From Mobula hypostoma (taxonomy: Eukaryota), in contig NC_086100.1 of NCBI RefSeq assembly GCF_963921235.1, forward strand, positions 200,634,001-200,698,000: a DNA stretch of 64,000 nucleotides. Reading direction: 5' to 3'. A program made the translations under genes and the position numbers. Under the pieces are notes generated by a model, which searched no databases, was not told the DNA's origin, and was given only the letters and a program-made list of their open reading frames with translations. The number at the start of each line of letters is the position of its first letter. Within the stretch, counting starts at the first letter, position 1. Below are positions 60,105-64,000 of the stretch, one piece after another.

Positions 60105-61210
60105 AGACCATAAGACATAGGAGCAGAATTAGGCCATTCAGCCCATCAAGTCTGCTCTGCCATTCATTCATAGCTGATCCCGGATCCCACTGAACTCCAC
60201 ACACCTTCCTTCTCGCCATATCTTTTGATGCCCTGACCAATCAGGAAATTATCAACTTCTACCTTAAATATATCCATGGACTTGGCCCCCACCGCAGACC
60301 GTGGCAGAGCATTCAACAGATTTGCTCCTTTCTGGCTAAAAAATTCCTCCCTACCTCTGTTATAAAGGGTCGCCCCTCAATTTTGAGGCTGTGCCCTCCA
60401 GTTCTGGATACCCCCACCATCGGAAACACTCTCTCCACATCCAACCTATCTAGTCCTTTCAACATTCGGTAGGCTTCAATGAGATCTCCCCGCACTCTTC
60501 TAAATTCTAGTGACTCTTGGCCCAAAGCTGCCGAATATCCCTCATCTGTCAACCTCTTCATTCTCGGAATCATCCTTCTGAACGTCCTCTGGACTCTGTC
60601 CAATGAAAAACATCTGTAACACACTGTAAGGTTTCACTGCTAAGGCTAATATAATGGCTTCTATGTAATGTTTCACCGTTAAGGTAATGGTTTCTCTGCA
60701 GCAGCAATGTCTGGGTTATGACTTAGTGGCTCACCAATAAGAGATTGTTGCTGTGTCTTGTGATTCTGGAAGCAGTTGTTTTCATGGGTTTTTTGCCAGA
60801 GGGAGAGAAAGAGAGATTAAGAGAGAAGACGCGAATGGAGAAATTTGGTAGACCGCCAGACGGGGTGGACTGGGAGCAGGGGTCCGAAGGTCAGTGACGC
60901 TCGGAGATTGATGGTGGAAGAAGAACTGCTGAACTGCGTGAGCTCCAACTTTGTGTGCACACACTGTTTAATAAGATTGGCGCCCTGTTTCTCTACTAAC
61001 CATACAGTCAAAGTAAGAGTTATAAAGCTTCATTGTTTAATCACATATTGTGTACTATTTGTTATTTCGGGATACTGATTTGTAATAGGGGACACATCAC
61101 GCAGCATCCACCCAAACGAGATTTCTTAAGTTTTGCCGGGCAGGGGGATATCACCCCCTATTTTAAGCCGCTAGGTGAAGTGAGTGTTACACATCCTTTC
61201 TGGGATATGT
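60105..61210 (-). mobile_element. CR1 3' fragment split by a solo LTR
   Basis: SLEFRRVRGDLIE; CR1 tail. Confidence 0.8.
60615..61191. mobile_element. Solo LTR (577 bp)
   Basis: TGTAACAC...GTGTTACA 8-bp inverted ends; TSD CATC. Confidence 0.9.
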
Positions 61211-61239
61211 TGCAATAATAAGTGCAGCCTGACTCTTGT

Positions 61240-63968
61240 CTTGTGAGGCAACAGGAGAGTTAAAAAGAGAGTAGATTAACAGAGAGGGTGACGGTTTTAC
61301 GGGCACCGTAGTAGTGGGAGACAGAGTAGGAAGGCTTTGGCTCGAGAGGCTGAGGACGAGCTTGCTCCCAGTGAGGTAAGGCCGGGTAAGTACCTTTAAT
61401 TAATTTAATTACCTTAAGAGTAGGTAATGGAGGCAGCAGTTAGGGCAGTTGAGTGCTCTGTTTGCAGTATGTGGGAATTCAGGGATACACAATTGTCCCT
61501 GATGACTACACCTGTAAAAGGTGCATCCAGCTGCAGCTCCTGACAAACTGAGTTATGGAACTGGAACTAGATGAACTTCTGATCATTTGTGAGGCAAAGG
61601 CAGAAATAGACAGGAGTTTCAAGGGGACAGTCACTCCTAAAGGTCAGGAGGCAGGTAGCTGGGTGACTGTCAGGAGAGGGAAGGGGAATAGACAGAAAGA
61701 GCAGAGCACCCCTGTGGCCATTCCCATCAACAATAAGTATATCGTTTTGGATACTGTTGGTGGGGACGACCTACAGGGACAAGTTGCAATGGTTGTGTCT
61801 CTGGCACCGAGACGGGACCCTCAGCTCAGAAGGGAAGGAGGGAAAAGAGGAGAGCAGTAGTGATAGGGGATTTGATAGGGGGACAGATGAGAGGTTCTAT
61901 GGATGAGATCGAGATTCCCGGATGGTCTGTTGCCTCCCTGGTGCCAAGGTACGTGATATCTTGGATCGAGTTCTCAGTATTCTCAAGAGGGAGGGTGAGC
62001 AGCCAGATGTTGTGGTCCATGTAGGGACCAATGACATGGGTAGGAAGAGCGAGGAGGTCCTGAAAGGTGAGTTCAGGAAGTCAGACGCCAAGTTAAAGGA
62101 CAGGACCTCCAGGATAGCAATCTCAGGATTGCTACCAGTGCCACGTGCAGGCGGGTTTAGAAATAGTAAGATAGTGCAGATCAACACGTAGCTGCAAACA
62201 TGGTGCAGGAGGGAGGGCTTCAGATTTATAGATAATTGGGCAGTTTTCCAGGGAAGGTGGGAGTGGGTCGGTTTACATCTGAACTGGAGGGGGACAAATA
62301 TTCTTGCAGGTAGGTTTGCTAGAGAGGGTCCAGCGGATTTAAACGAGATACAAGCGGGGAGGGGAACCAGAGTGTAGGAACAGATGTAGGGGAGAAGTAA
62401 GAAAAAGGAGATAGTAAAGTTGTTTGCACTGTCAGTAATATACAGAGAGTAAGAGGTGGAAAATTTCTTAAATGCATTTATTTTAATGCTATGAGCATTG
62501 TAAGAAAGGTGGATGAGCTTAGAGCATGGTTTGATACCTGGAAGTATGATGGTGTAGCTGTTAGTGAAACATGGTTGCAAGAGGGGTGTGATTGGCAACT
62601 AAATATTCCTGGATTTCGTTGCTTCAGGTGTGATAGAATCAGAGGAACGAAAGGGGGAGGTGTTGCATTGCTTGTCAGAGAAAATATCACAGCGGTGCTC
62701 TGGTAGGATACATTAGAGGGCTCGTCTACGGAGGCTATTTGGGTGGAATTGAGGAATGGGAAAGGTGTAGTAACACTTATAGGGGTGTATTATAGACCAC
62801 CTAATGGGGAGAGAGAATTTGAGGAGCAAATTTGTAAGGAGATAGCAGATATTTGTAGTAAGCACAAGGTTGTGATTGTGGGAGATTTTAATTTTCCACA
62901 CATAGACTGGGAAGCCCATGCTGTAAAAGGGCTGGATGGTTTGGAATTTGTAAAATGTGTGCAAGATTGTTTTTGCAGCAACACATAGAGGCACTAACTG
63001 GAGAAGGGGCAGTGTTGGATCTCCTGTTAGGGAATGAGATAGGTCAGGTGATGGAGGTATGTGTTGGGGAGCACTTCAGGTCCAGTGATCACAATGCCAT
63101 TAGTTTCAATATCATTTTTATGGAGAAGGATAGGTCTGGACCCAGGGTTGAGATTTTTGATTGGAGAAAGTCTAACTTTGAGGAGATGCGAAAGGATTTA
63201 GAAGGAGTGGATTGGGACAAATTGTTTTATGGGAAGGATGTAATAGAGAAATGGAGGTCATTTAAAGGTGAAATTTTGAGGGTACAGAATCTCTATGTTC
63301 CTGTTAGTTTGAAAGGAAAGGTTAAAAATTTGAGAGAGCCATGCTTTTCAAGGGATATTGGAAACTTAGTTTGGAAAAAGAGAGATATCTACAATAAATA
63401 TAGGCAGCATGGAGTAAATGAGGTGCTCGAGGAATATAAAGAATGTTAAAAGAATCTTAAGAAAGAAATTAGAAAAGCTAAAAGAAGATGTGAGGTTGCT
63501 TTGGCAAGTAAGGTGAAAATAAATCTGGAGGGTTTCTACAGTTATATTAATAGCAAAAGGATAGTGAGGGATAAAATTGGTCCCTTAGACAATCAGAGTG
63601 GACAGCTATATGTGCAATCAAAAGAGATGGGGGAGATTTTGAACTATTTCTTTTCTTCGGTATTCACTAAGGAGAAGGATATTGAATTGTGTAAGGTAAG
63701 GGAAACAGGTAGGGAAGTTATGGAAACAATGATGATTAAAGAAGAGGAAGTATTGGCGCTTTTAAGGAATATAAAAGTGGATAAGTCTCCGGGTCCTGAC
63801 GGGATATTCCCTGGGACCTTGATGAAGTTAGTGTAGAAATAGCAGGGGCTCTGACAGAAATATTTCAAAAGTCATTAGAAACGGGGATGGTGCTGGAGGA
63901 TTGGCGTATTCCTCATGTTCTTCCATTGTTTAAAAAGGGTTCTAAGAGTAAACCTAGCAATTATTGGC
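61240..63968 (+). mobile_element. CR1 LINE 5' part (UTR, ORF1, APE, RT start), degenerate
   Basis: CSVC..CKRC, HVGTND, SETWL, GDFN, SDH, KSPGPDG; interrupted near the window end by a Penelope-like tail. Confidence 0.92.
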
Positions 63969-64000
63969 CTAACAATAGGAATTCTGCAGATGCTGGAAAT

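Overview
This is eukaryotic (vertebrate) DNA made almost entirely of decayed and nested retroelements. I found no supportable host-gene exon, RNA gene or CRISPR array. The repeat repertoire (several esterase-bearing CR1 families, Rex1/Babar LINEs, Penelope pLTR remnants, Gmr1-type Gypsy elements) suggests a cartilaginous fish, which is an inference. Main contents: (1) 1-13336(-), a class I (gamma/epsilon-like) endogenous retrovirus with LTRs, tRNA-Ser-like PBS, gag, RNase H, integrase and a gamma-type env, but no protease or RT, and split by three younger insertions; (2) 4580-9716(+), a complete sushi-type chromovirus with a 5-bp TSD and a perfect 11-nt Tf1-like self-priming signal; (3) several CR1 LINEs; (4) 32-bp and 45/43-bp minisatellites and a deleted BEL/Pao element; (5) 35765-47910, a five-level nest (CR1 > solo LTR > solo LTR > LINE tail > RT-less Gmr1 element with a 1.3-kb CT expansion in one LTR), each level bounded by a TSD; (6) 50018-57762, a second Gmr1 element (gag-PR-IN-RT-RH) with one precise and one truncated end, flanked by a ~680-bp direct duplication instead of a 4-bp TSD. 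All coding regions are degenerate. Boundaries without a TSD are approximate, and family names come from motif recognition rather than database searches.
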